Positions 29,810-39,529 are shown, counted from the first letter of the stretch. The stretch is 64,000 nt of DNA from Candidatus Nomurabacteria bacterium (GCA_016699365.1 CP064973.1:301684-365683), one strand, 5' to 3'. Notes: generated from the sequence alone by a model not told the origin. A program made the numbers and translations.

Positions 29810-31171
29810 ATGATCATTTTTAAAAAATATAAGATTGCGCTAGCTGTTATTATTTTCTTGGGCCTGATCGTATCCAAGAGTGTTTATGCTGCTGTAGATG
29901 TTTTTGTTGATGATGGAGGAACAGATCTTAATCCAACATCTTTTTCTTTTGAGGGAGATGTTGTTGGAGCGGGGACCGGATTTTCTATGATCCCTGTATG
30001 GGGTGTTACAGCTACATCTTTAACAAATAGTGCCCCAGTAATTACACCGCTTGCGGACGGTTCATTTAGTGGTTCTATAACAGGCCTTACTCCAAATACA
30101 ACTTACTACTATCAGTTTATAGATGCAGCTGACGGCACAATAAAGCTTACGATAGTAGATTCGTTTACTACTCCGCTTGTTTTTGCTGGTACGGATGGTG
30201 GTAAAGATGCCGTAGATTTGACCGGCTCTGGTTCAGGAACTTCAAATCCGAATTGTACAAATGGTGATGATTCATACTGTTTACTAGCTCCTATACCTGG
30301 TTTATCTGAAGTTAATCCGGCAAATACTGATCTTGGTGATTATCTGAATATAATTATAAAATTTGCGATTGGGTTTGCCGGTGCGCTTGCAGTTATCATG
30401 ATGGTGCTTGGAGGTATTCAATATATGTCTACAGATGCGCTGTCTGGAAAGAGCGAGGGGAGAGAGCGTATTACTTATGCTCTGGGAGGATTATTGTTAG
30501 CTCTAGCTAGTTACTTAATACTAAATACAATAAATCCAAATTTGGTTAATTTACATCTTGGAATCCAGGGTACAAACATACAAGTTGTTGAATCGCCGGA
30601 AGATATATTTGCTTTACAGGTTCAGTCTTTTGAATCAACAGGGCAAAATACTTTGGGTAATAAGTATTTGATGTTTGGTAATTATGCTGCCCCTCTACCT
30701 AGTGCTGGAGTGTCCGATTTTGTAAATACATACTTGAAAAATGGATATTCTCTTTCAGAAATAAAAATAAATACATCTACTAAAAAAGCAGAATTTGTAG
30801 CAAAAAATGGAGGAGCAACGAAGAGCGTTATTATAGATATAAACATAGGAGCAAACGGTGCTTCTGAGGTGGGGATGGGTGTGAGTGGAGATTTAAAAAC
30901 ACCAAAAGGTATATGGACTATACCTGCAAATGGTAGGAAGATTTCTGAGAACCAGGATTCTGCTATTTTAAATGGAGCTGGTGTAAACATGGGCGCAGCT
31001 TTTGTGAATACAGGTGCTACTTTGCCTAGCGGCACAGATCGAGGTATTGGTTTTCATGGACAGGCTAACAATAATCTAGGAAATACAGCTGGATGTATAA
31101 AGATGCGAAATGACGACATCTTGATCCTTTATCCTTATATGGTTTCTGGTGTTAAAGTAAATATATTCTAG
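29810..31171 (+). CDS. Secreted/membrane protein combining a VirB2/TrbC-like two-helix hydrophobic hairpin with a C-terminal L,D-transpeptidase (YkuD) catalytic domain
   Basis: Signal peptide. Hairpin KFAIGFAGALAVIMMVLGGIQYMS..YALGGLLLALASYLIL. C-terminus GIGFHGQANNNLGNTAGCIKMRNDDILILYPYMVSGVKVNI matches the YkuD motif HG..(S/T).GC(I/V)(R/K)M.N.D. Confidence 0.55.
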   Translation: MIIFKKYKIALAVIIFLGLIVSKSVYAAVDVFVDDGGTDLNPTSFSFEGDVVGAGTGFSMIPVWGVTATSLTNSAPVITPLADGSFSGSITGLTPNTTYYYQFIDAADGTIKLTIVDSFTTPLVFAGTDGGKDAVDLTGSGSGTSNPNCTNGDDSYCLLAPIPGLSEVNPANTDLGDYLNIIIKFAIGFAGALAVIMMVLGGIQYMSTDALSGKSEGRERITYALGGLLLALASYLILNTINPNLVNLHLGIQGTNIQVVESPEDIFALQVQSFESTGQNTLGNKYLMFGNYAAPLPSAGVSDFVNTYLKNGYSLSEIKINTSTKKAEFVAKNGGATKSVIIDINIGANGASEVGMGVSGDLKTPKGIWTIPANGRKISENQDSAILNGAGVNMGAAFVNTGATLPSGTDRGIGFHGQANNNLGNTAGCIKMRNDDILILYPYMVSGVKVNIF

Positions 31172-31172
31172 T

Positions 31173-32540
31173 ATGAATAAAAAAAGATTAATCATAATAG
31201 TTTCATTTATTGTAATCATTTTGATTGTCTTTTTATCTATTTTTTTGAAAAATAAAAATACAAATCCTGAAACAAGTGGAGATGGTTTTAGTTTGTCAGA
31301 CCTTTTTCCTTTCGGGTCTGTGACTGACAGAGGTGGTAGTTCGGACAATGATACAAACGACGATATTATTCCTGATGTTGTTACTGTGGATGAGAATGGG
31401 AATGTGATTATTCCACGCCTTAGACAGGTTTCTACTTTCCCTGTTTCTGGAGCAACTGTATTTAATACAAAAAGAACAAGAGTTGTTCCAATCCCTCCTC
31501 TACCAATCGAAGGTGACTCAGGAGGTGATCCTGTTGTTATAGCGCAGACTCCAACAGAAGAAATTGTAGTAGAAGATGCGACAGCTATCAGGTATATGGA
31601 ACAATCAACTGCTCATATATATGAGACTTATACTGATACATTGACTGAAACAAGAATTTCAAATACAACCATACCTAGGATATATGATACCTATTGGAAT
31701 TTAGACGGAGGGTCTGTAGTTTTTAGATATTTAGAAGATGGAACAAATAAGATACAAACATATCTTGCAACACTTTCTTCTCCGAGTGTTTTTGCGGAAG
31801 GGGGTAGTAGTCAAAATCCATCAGTTTTAAAAGATTTAAAGGGAAATTTTTTGGTGGAAGGAATTACAGATATATCGGTGTCACCAGACAAGACTAGGTT
31901 TTTTACTCTCGAGCCTGTTGTCGGGGGAGTTGTTGGTATAACAGAGGATTTTCTAGGTGGTAAAAAATCTCAAGTATTTGAATCATCTCTTTCTGAATGG
32001 TTGTCATTTTGGCCAAATGCGACAACTCTAACACTTACTACAAAACCTTCAGGCACACTTCCTGGGTACATGTATTCCGTAGATGTAAATAAAAAAAGTT
32101 TTGACAAAGTACTAGGAGGGATTGTTGGTTTAACTACAAAAATGAGCCCAGATGGTAAAAAAGTTTTATACAGCGCATCTGTTGCAAATGAGGTAAGACT
32201 TTATTCTTATGATTTAAATACAAAATCTACTACAGATCTGGGTATATCTACTCTTCCAGAGAAGTGTGTATGGTCAAAAGACAGCATAACTGTATATTGT
32301 GCTGTACCAGAAAGTTTCTTGTTGGGGGTATATCCTGATGTTTGGTATCAAGGACGTGTATCTTTTGAAGATACATTGTGGAGTATGAACCTCAGTACAA
32401 GTGTTTATTATGTATTAGTTGACCCTATAGAAACAATTAATATTCCTATTGATATGACAAACCTATTCTTGGACGGAAGTGAAAAATACATTTTTTTCAC
32501 CAATAAAAAAGACGGGATTCTCTGGAGTTATAGCATATAA
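31173..32540 (+). CDS. N-terminally membrane-anchored protein with PD40/TolB-like beta-propeller repeats
   Basis: N-terminal TM segment; repeats of the SPDKTRFF / SPDGKKVLYSA type. Confidence 0.45.
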   Translation: MNKKRLIIIVSFIVIILIVFLSIFLKNKNTNPETSGDGFSLSDLFPFGSVTDRGGSSDNDTNDDIIPDVVTVDENGNVIIPRLRQVSTFPVSGATVFNTKRTRVVPIPPLPIEGDSGGDPVVIAQTPTEEIVVEDATAIRYMEQSTAHIYETYTDTLTETRISNTTIPRIYDTYWNLDGGSVVFRYLEDGTNKIQTYLATLSSPSVFAEGGSSQNPSVLKDLKGNFLVEGITDISVSPDKTRFFTLEPVVGGVVGITEDFLGGKKSQVFESSLSEWLSFWPNATTLTLTTKPSGTLPGYMYSVDVNKKSFDKVLGGIVGLTTKMSPDGKKVLYSASVANEVRLYSYDLNTKSTTDLGISTLPEKCVWSKDSITVYCAVPESFLLGVYPDVWYQGRVSFEDTLWSMNLSTSVYYVLVDPIETINIPIDMTNLFLDGSEKYIFFTNKKDGILWSYSI

Positions 32541-32553
32541 ATCCATACAGCTA

Positions 32554-32582
32554 TTGCAAATACTATAAATATGATGTATAGT
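32554..32582 (+). promoter_or_regulatory. Sigma70-like promoter TTGCAA-N17-TATAGT
   Basis: Good hexamers ~30 nt upstream of the 32614 ATG. Confidence 0.45.
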
Positions 32583-32613
32583 ATTTTCGAACTTCTTAAA
32601 TTAAATATTAGCT

Positions 32614-32808
32614 ATGGATAAAACAACTACAGACGGAGATGTGATTCTACACATTTTAAACGAAAAAGGTAAAGAGGGTTCCCTGACAATAGGAGACATA
32701 ATATCCTTTTACAAAGATGACTCTAGAGTTTTAAACTCTCGCACTATTGCAGAAGAAATGCGAGATCTTGAAAAAGAGGGTTTTATAGAAAAAATTCTCG
32801 ACAAGTGA
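32614..32808 (+). CDS. Small hypothetical protein (64 aa), possibly winged-helix-like
   Basis: Short ORF with its own promoter and a downstream terminator. Confidence 0.35.
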   Translation: MDKTTTDGDVILHILNEKGKEGSLTIGDIISFYKDDSRVLNSRTIAEEMRDLEKEGFIEKILDK

Positions 32809-32885
32809 TGTGGTCGATAACCCAGAAAGGTCTGATGAAGATATCAGATATTCCTGAGCTATCCTCTTCCGGATCTCATACGAGT

Positions 32886-32922
32886 TAAAAAATATCCCCC
32901 GCATTTGCGGGGGATTTAATTT
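32886..32922. terminator. Bidirectional Rho-independent terminator (ATCCCCCGC-ATTT-GCGGGGGAT)
   Basis: 9-bp GC-rich stem between two convergent genes; A and T tracts on either side. Confidence 0.7.
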
Positions 32923-33329
32923 TATAAGACAGATTTTATTTTTTCTGCAGTTTCTTCAGCTTCACCTAGCATATAAGGCTTGCCTGGCCAATGCTTTAGT
33001 CCATCTCCTGCAAAACGGGGAATTATATGCATATGATAGTGCCATATAACTTGTCCGGCATCAGTGCCATTGTTTTGTCCTATATTTATACCTGTTGCGC
33101 CTATACTAAATTTTATAGCGTTGGCTATTTTCTTTGCTGTCGGCATCAATTTTTCAAGCAACTCATCGGGCATCTCATGTATATTTTCATGGTGCTCTTT
33201 TGGTATTAGGAGTGTGTGCCCAGGATTTATTGGATTAACATCCAAAAAAGCCAAACCGACTTCGTCCTCATAGACCTTGGTGCAAGGTATTTCTCCTTTT
33301 ATGATTTTACAAAAAATACAACTTTCCAT
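32922..33329 (-). CDS. HIT-family (histidine triad) nucleotide hydrolase
   Basis: Histidine triad HYHMHIIP and the NPGHTLLIPKEH motif. Confidence 0.8.
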   Translation of the reverse strand: MESCIFCKIIKGEIPCTKVYEDEVGLAFLDVNPINPGHTLLIPKEHHENIHEMPDELLEKLMPTAKKIANAIKFSIGATGINIGQNNGTDAGQVIWHYHMHIIPRFAGDGLKHWPGKPYMLGEAEETAEKIKSVL

Positions 33330-33420
33330 ACAAAAATAATACCATAATAGGAATATTTTAGTTATAAGCTATTTTTTAGGAGACGGGATAATAAATACCT
33401 CTCGTGCTACAATCATTTCT

Positions 33421-35071
33421 ATGCAATCGGGTGAATTACTAAAAAAACTATTAGAAAATAGAGGTGTAGACGAAGGTCAAATAGACTCTTTTTTGCTCCC
33501 AGACTACGAAAAGACTTTGCATGACCCTTTTTTATTCAAGGATATGGAGCGTGCGTGCGTGAGAATTTTTGAAGCTATAGATCAGAATCAAAAAATAGTT
33601 GTTTATGCAGATTATGATGCAGATGGAATTCCTGGGGCAGTTATATTCAATGATTTTTTCAAAAGATTGGGTATGAGAATTTTGATATATACATACCCGA
33701 TCGTCACGATGAGGGTTATGGTTTACATAAAAGCGCAGTAGATGAATTTATAAAACAAGGTGTATCGCTCATAATTACTGTTGATTTGGGTATTACCGCA
33801 GTGGAAGAAGTAAGAGATGCTCTTATTGGAGGAGTTGATGTGATTATTACCGATCACCATTTACCACACGCAGGAGTTCCAAGGGCTTTTGCAATCATCA
33901 ATCCTAAATACGATACAAATTATCCATTTGATGGACTTTGCGGAGCAGGAGTTGCTTTCAAGGTTGTGTGTGCGCTTATAAAAAAATATGGAGAATATTG
34001 GAATATAAAAGAAGGTTGGGAAAAGTGGACACTTGATATGGCAGGACTCGCCACCCTTTCTGATATGGTTCCATTGGTAGGTGAGAATAGAACCATTGCT
34101 TATTGGGGTCTTCATGTAATGCGTAAATCTCCTAGACCGGGGTTGGTGCATTTATTTAAAAAAGCGGGGATTAATATGCGCTATATCAATGAAGAAGATA
34201 TAACTTTTTCACTTACTCCTAGACTAAATGCTGCTTCACGTATGGCATCTCCTAAAAGTGCTTTTATGATGCTCGCAGAAAAAGATATTTTAAAAGCGCA
34301 GGGTTTTGCAGAATATCTTACTGGCATAAATGACGAAAGAAAGACAATAGTTGCTAGCATAATGAAAGATGTTCACAAGAACTTAGAAAAAAGAGAACTT
34401 TGTGAAGTTATAGTTATCGGTAATCCGTCTTGGCGAGTCGGGGTGCTGGGTCTTGTTGCTTCAAAAATATGTGAGACTTATAAACGTCCTGCTTTTGTTT
34501 GGGGTAGAGAGGGTGGAAAAGAGGAGGATGATGCTCCTATAAAAGGGTCTTGTAGATCAGATGGAAGTGTAAATATTGTTGAGCTCATGCAACTAGAAAG
34601 TGAATCTTTTGCTAGTTTTGGAGGACATGAAATGGCGGGAGGATTTAGTGTAAAAAGTGAGCATATACATTTTTTAGAAGATAAATTAGCATCTAAATTT
34701 TCATCGATTAAAAGAGATGTAAAAATAGATGACATAGCATATGATCTCGAGCTTAGTATAAGTGATATAAACAAAGGTAACTACAAATCCATAGATAGCC
34801 TATCCCCATATGGCCTTGGCAATCCAAAACCCATCTTTTTATTTAAGAGTGTAAAGATAGAATCTATGAAGCAATTTGGTAAAGAAAAAAATCATCTAGA
34901 GATGATATTTTCAGGAGGTGGTAAAAAAGTTAAAGCCATATCTTTTTTGACTCACCGCATGAGTATGGAGTTTTAGGGGAAGGTTTAAATGTAGATTTGT
35001 ACGCAACATTTGAGTTGTCTAGATTTGCAGGTAAAGAAGAGCTCCGCTTGAGAATAGTTGATATAAAATAA
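33421..35071 (+). pseudogene. recJ: recJ-like DHH-family single-stranded-DNA exonuclease interrupted by two -1 frameshifts, at a G3 run (~33669) and a T6 run (~34943)
   Basis: DHH motifs VVYADYDADG and ITDHH. The conserved IPDRHDEGYGL and the C-terminal ...HEYGVLGEGLNVDLYATFELSRFAGKEELRLRIVDIK continue in the adjacent frames. Confidence 0.6.
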
Positions 35072-35101
35072 AAATCGCACATGTTTGTGCGATTTTTATT
35101 T
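35068..35101. terminator. Bidirectional Rho-independent terminator (AATCGCACA-loop-TGTGCGATT)
   Basis: 9-bp stem flanked by A and T runs between convergent genes. Confidence 0.65.
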
Positions 35102-35108
35102 TATATAT

Positions 35109-35366
35109 CTATAGGTCTGAATCTACTCCCTCTACATCTACACTGTCTAAGTCTGTGCCTATAGAGTTAATTTCTGCTGACAATTCTGCATCTCCTGATA
35201 CTTGCTCGTTTACATTAGTGTCTAGAGTCTCTACTTCGTAATTGAATTCTTTTCCTTTGTTTGTATTCATTACAAAATATATACCTACAAGTATCACTAT
35301 TGCTACAAGAACCCAAATTATTGAATTTCCTTTTTGTGATTTCATATTTTTAAAATAGAAATGCAC
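35109..35366 (-). CDS. Small single-TM protein with acidic C-terminal tail (85 aa)
   Basis: Hydrophobic helix IIWVLVAIVILVGIYFV. Confidence 0.45.
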   Translation of the reverse strand: MHFYFKNMKSQKGNSIIWVLVAIVILVGIYFVMNTNKGKEFNYEVETLDTNVNEQVSGDAELSAEINSIGTDLDSVDVEGVDSDL

Positions 35367-35436
35367 ACAGATATTTTTTCGGTGTGCATTTTCTATAACT
35401 ATTGTTAATTTTTAAACATTTCCAATAATAATTATA

Positions 35437-35898
35437 TTAGAGAGCTGGTTCGTCTGCTGGAGCGTCTTCTGCTTCTCCCTTCTTGTTCTCAATAGCTTCT
35501 CTTAGTTCATCGCGTAGTTCTTTTACAGAATCTCTGTATTCCATCAACGCATCTTTTGCTTCTTTAGTTTGAGTGCGGATTTCAGCAGTTGGAGTTGCTA
35601 CACCTCCTGCTATTGTTTCATCTATAAGAGTCTTTAGAGCCTCAACTTCTGCTTTTGCAGCATCTTGCTTTGCTATAACTGCATCATATGCATCTTCTGC
35701 TTTTGATGTGTCATAACCTTTTGCCTCTGCTTTTACCATAACTGCTTCAAATCTATCTAGGATGCCGTCCATTCGGACAACTAAACTATCTAGACGTCCC
35801 TTGAAAGATGTTAGTCCTTCAGGTTTTGCAGCTAGTGCACTAGAACTTGTAAATAATACTGCTAGAGCCAAAGCTCCGATTGCTAGTTTGTTTTTCAT
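35437..35898 (-). CDS. Secreted Ala/Glu/Lys-rich alpha-helical protein (153 aa)
   Basis: Signal peptide MKNKLAIGALALAVLFTSSSALA; locally higher GC than the neighbouring sequence. Confidence 0.5.
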   Translation of the reverse strand: MKNKLAIGALALAVLFTSSSALAAKPEGLTSFKGRLDSLVVRMDGILDRFEAVMVKAEAKGYDTSKAEDAYDAVIAKQDAAKAEVEALKTLIDETIAGGVATPTAEIRTQTKEAKDALMEYRDSVKELRDELREAIENKKGEAEDAPADEPAL

Positions 35899-36050
35899 AT
35901 GTTTTTTATGTTAGTTAAGATTAATGCTTTTAAACACAAGGTTTTTTAACCTTGTACACTATATATTACGAATGATTTCTCATTTTGTGACAAAGACCAG
36001 GGGTGTTTTTATACTATAAATCATAGCATAAATTTACCTTGTCAATTATA

Positions 36051-36860
36051 ATGGTTCCTATGCAATACGGAATAGAGATATATACAGATGGGTCTTCTAG
36101 GGGTAATCCTGGTCCTGGGGGCTATGGTGCTATTTTGATCATAAAAACCGATGTGACTGATTCTTTAGATTGGAAAAAGCAGGTTAAAATAATCGAAATT
36201 GGGGGAAAGGATACTCATACTACAAACAACGCCATGGAGCTCACTGGTGCGCTGAAGGCTCTTGAGGAGATAAAAAATCGATCAATCAAAGGCAACATAG
36301 CTGTTCATACTGATTCCAGTTATTTACTTCAAGGTATTGAATCTTGGATATATGCGTGGGAGAAAAATGGATGGAAAACAAAAGAGGGAGCAGATGTAGC
36401 CAATCAGGAAATTTGGAAAAAATTATTGGCTATTACTTATAAAGCTAAACTGTCTCGTGAAAGAGAAATAGTTTGGCAAAAAGTAAAAGGCCATTCGGGT
36501 TTGGTTGCAAATGAGCGCGTAGATGAGATAGCTACAAAAAGTGCATTGGGGGAGCATGTGCTTCTTTTTACAGGAACCTTATTAGACTATGAAAATCTTT
36601 TTGGTTTTGATATGGATATTCATCCAACAGAATTAAAAACAGCTGACAAATTAAATCCAAAAATAAAAGACAAAAAATCTAAGTCTAAAAGTTCTAAACC
36701 AGCGTATTCTTATGTGAGTTTAGTGGACGGTAAAATACACAAAGATAAAACTTGGGACGAATGCAAAAAGAGGGTAACAGGTAAAAGTGGTGTTAAATAT
36801 AAGAAGGTTTTTTCAAAATCTGAAGAAGATGAACTCATAGAGAAATTCAAAAGTATTTAG
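36051..36860 (+). CDS. rnhA: Ribonuclease HI with a ~120-aa Lys-rich C-terminal extension
   Basis: Motifs IEIYTDGSSRGNPGPGGYG, HTDSSYL and VKGHSGLVANERVDEIA. The track's 36039 start is a TTG; the ATG is at 36051. Confidence 0.75.
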   Translation: MVPMQYGIEIYTDGSSRGNPGPGGYGAILIIKTDVTDSLDWKKQVKIIEIGGKDTHTTNNAMELTGALKALEEIKNRSIKGNIAVHTDSSYLLQGIESWIYAWEKNGWKTKEGADVANQEIWKKLLAITYKAKLSREREIVWQKVKGHSGLVANERVDEIATKSALGEHVLLFTGTLLDYENLFGFDMDIHPTELKTADKLNPKIKDKKSKSKSSKPAYSYVSLVDGKIHKDKTWDECKKRVTGKSGVKYKKVFSKSEEDELIEKFKSI

Positions 36861-36872
36861 ACTTTTTAGAAT

Positions 36873-38363
36873 ATGCCTGATAGATTATTTTATACAATTA
36901 CATTGGGTTTTATTTTAGGTGTAGCTCTCGAATCTTTTTTATTTATACCAGCAGAAATACTGGTTGTTTTTATTTGTGTGGCTATACCGCTTTTATTCAT
37001 ATCTTTTTTTGTGGAGAGGTTTAGAGAAATTTTTCTTGTACTTTCCATACTACTTGTGTCTGTATTTTTTGGGATATTGAGATTTCAAATTTATGAGAAC
37101 AATCATTTAAAAAAATTAGATTTGTTTTTGAATAAAAAAGTTGAGATCTTTGGTGTAATAGTAGATGAGCCAGACAGAAGAGAGAACAATCAAAAAATCC
37201 TAGTCCGGACAAGAGAAGTTGAAGGGCAGAGCATAGAATCAAATGTCCTTGCGACCACAGATCTATATCCAGTTTTTAAATATGGAGACATTGTGTCTGT
37301 ACAAGGAGTAATATCCAAGCCTGCAAATTTCGCCACCGATCAAGGTAAAGTTTTTGACTATATATCTTATCTAGGAAAAGACAATATATTCTATTTGATG
37401 CAAAAAGTTCAAATAGAACTAGTGGATCACGATGCGCCTTATAAATTTCAAGAAATATTATTTGAATTTAAAAATAGAATTATTAAAAATATTGAAAGTG
37501 TAATACCTGCTCCTGAGAGTACTTTTATGTCTGGGATTACACTTGGTGCACGTTCTGGTTTGCCTAGTAATATTCGTGATGAATTTATAAAGACCGGAAC
37601 AATACATATAGTTGCTTTGTCTGGGTATAACATATCAGTGGTTGCAAATGGTATTCAAAAGTTTTTTACTTTATTTTTATCTCGTTACGGCGCCTTGTCA
37701 TTTGGTGGGTTGTCTATAGTTTTGTTTGTGCTAATGAGTGGCGCAAGTTCTACGGCCATTAGAGCGGGGATCATGGCTATTCTTGTAATAATGGCTCGTT
37801 TTAGTGGTAAGGAATACGATATAAATCGCGGACTAGTTTTAGCGGCAGTTTTGATGATTTTGGCGAATCCTAAAACTTTAATCTTTGATATATCTTTTCA
37901 ACTATCTTTTTTGGCTACAATCGGAATTATATACATAACTCCCATAACTGAGATCTGGTTTTCTTTCATTAAAAAAAAGAGATTTGGTTGGCTCAGGGAA
38001 ATAATTGCTTCAACAGTGGCTGCTCAGATTGCTACCTTGCCTTTTATTGTTTACACAATGGGTAATCTTTCTATTATTTCTTTACCAATCAATATACTTA
38101 TTTTGCCTTTTATACCACTGGCAATGTATTTAGGTTTTTTAGTAGGAGTCCTAGGATTCATCGGGCAGTTCATGGCTTATCCTTTTGGCTTTTTAAGCAC
38201 AGTGCTTCTAGATAAAATTCTTTCTGTTATTAGTTATGGTGCAAAGATACCCCTTTCTTCTGTGTATGTAAAAGAATTTTCTTTTTGGATTATATTTTTA
38301 ATATATGGAGTCATATTTTATTTTGTTTATCGTTGGCACAGGAGTAGAAAAAGCATATTTTAG
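36873..38363 (+). CDS. comEC: ComEC/Rec2 DNA-internalisation channel, membrane (competence) domain only
   Basis: Polytopic membrane protein; competence-domain motif GTIHIVALSGYNISVV; no MBL domain in this ORF. Confidence 0.7.
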   Translation: MPDRLFYTITLGFILGVALESFLFIPAEILVVFICVAIPLLFISFFVERFREIFLVLSILLVSVFFGILRFQIYENNHLKKLDLFLNKKVEIFGVIVDEPDRRENNQKILVRTREVEGQSIESNVLATTDLYPVFKYGDIVSVQGVISKPANFATDQGKVFDYISYLGKDNIFYLMQKVQIELVDHDAPYKFQEILFEFKNRIIKNIESVIPAPESTFMSGITLGARSGLPSNIRDEFIKTGTIHIVALSGYNISVVANGIQKFFTLFLSRYGALSFGGLSIVLFVLMSGASSTAIRAGIMAILVIMARFSGKEYDINRGLVLAAVLMILANPKTLIFDISFQLSFLATIGIIYITPITEIWFSFIKKKRFGWLREIIASTVAAQIATLPFIVYTMGNLSIISLPINILILPFIPLAMYLGFLVGVLGFIGQFMAYPFGFLSTVLLDKILSVISYGAKIPLSSVYVKEFSFWIIFLIYGVIFYFVYRWHRSRKSIF

Positions 38364-38386
38364 ATTTTTATAATATACTTATACAC

Positions 38387-39490
38387 ATGGACAATATAAA
38401 CCTAAACAACCAAGCACCTGAGGCCAGCAAGAAGTTGAAGCTTTCGGTTGCTGGTTTCATTTTTTTAATAATTATAGGAATGATTATTGCTGTTTTTGTG
38501 ACAAATGTAAAAATTACAAGACAGATAGAAAATAAATTTAATAAATACAAAGGATCAGAACAGATGGTTGATTCAGTTGACCAAAAAACTGATTTACAAA
38601 ATGGAAATATAGAAGGAATAGATAGTTCTCAAGATTCTGGTGATTCAAGTGGTTCTTCATCTGTTGCGGGCGCGCTCTCTTACAATGAGGATTATACTGT
38701 CACCACAAAATCAAATGTGGTCTATGGAAATGCTTCAGGGATGGATCTAAAGATCGACATCTACACTCCAAATGGCGCCTCTTCACCAACACCACTTGTT
38801 CTGTATATTCACGGAGGAGGATTTAAAGGTGGAAGTAAGAATGGCGTAGCTGATGATGCAGTTATGCTTGCCAAGCACGGCACAGCTGTCGTTGGTATCG
38901 ACTACAGACTCTCCGGTACAGCAGTTTTTCCTGCGCCGCTTTACGATATAAAAGGTGTTGCCAGGTACATGAAAGCTCATGCAAACGAGTACAATATAGA
39001 CCCTAACGCATTTTTTACACTCGGTGAGTCAGCAGGAGGGGTTCTAGCGTCTCTAATGGGTGTGACAGAAGGGAACACAAGCTTAGAGGGGGCAATCGGA
39101 GGTAATACTAGCTACAGCAGCAACATTGCGGGTGTAATCAATATTTCTGGAAGCTATATCGCATCTATTGTTGATACTATGTCAGGTGGAATCAAAAATT
39201 CTATTGGTAATGAAGTTGGATGTTCTCCTGTCCCAAGTACAACATGCGAAGATGAGTATAAAGCACTCTCTCCAGAGATGTATATAACTAGTGGTGACTC
39301 TCCGTTCCTTATCCTTCATGGTGACAAAGACAGAAGTGTTCCGACTATTCAGGCGACAACACTTGATCAAAAGCTCGCCGCAGTAGGTGTAGCTAGTGAT
39401 GTTTATGTTGCAAGTGACCTAGCTCATGTCGGTGGACTACTCGCGCGGTATCTCGATGAGGTGATAAGTTTTATAAATACGAATAGTTAG
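38387..39490 (+). CDS. Membrane-anchored alpha/beta-hydrolase (esterase/lipase, fold-3 type)
   Basis: Oxyanion-hole motif HGGGF and nucleophile elbow GESAGG; N-terminal TM segment. Confidence 0.7.
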   Translation: MDNINLNNQAPEASKKLKLSVAGFIFLIIIGMIIAVFVTNVKITRQIENKFNKYKGSEQMVDSVDQKTDLQNGNIEGIDSSQDSGDSSGSSSVAGALSYNEDYTVTTKSNVVYGNASGMDLKIDIYTPNGASSPTPLVLYIHGGGFKGGSKNGVADDAVMLAKHGTAVVGIDYRLSGTAVFPAPLYDIKGVARYMKAHANEYNIDPNAFFTLGESAGGVLASLMGVTEGNTSLEGAIGGNTSYSSNIAGVINISGSYIASIVDTMSGGIKNSIGNEVGCSPVPSTTCEDEYKALSPEMYITSGDSPFLILHGDKDRSVPTIQATTLDQKLAAVGVASDVYVASDLAHVGGLLARYLDEVISFINTNS

Positions 39491-39496
39491 TAAAAT

Positions 39497-39528
39497 AAAA
39501 AGACCGCTCAGTTGAGCGGTCTTTTTAT
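39497..39528. terminator. Bidirectional terminator (GACCGCTC-AGTT-GAGCGGTC)
   Basis: Perfect 8-bp stem flanked by A and T tracts between convergent genes. Confidence 0.7.
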
Positions 39529-39529
39529 T

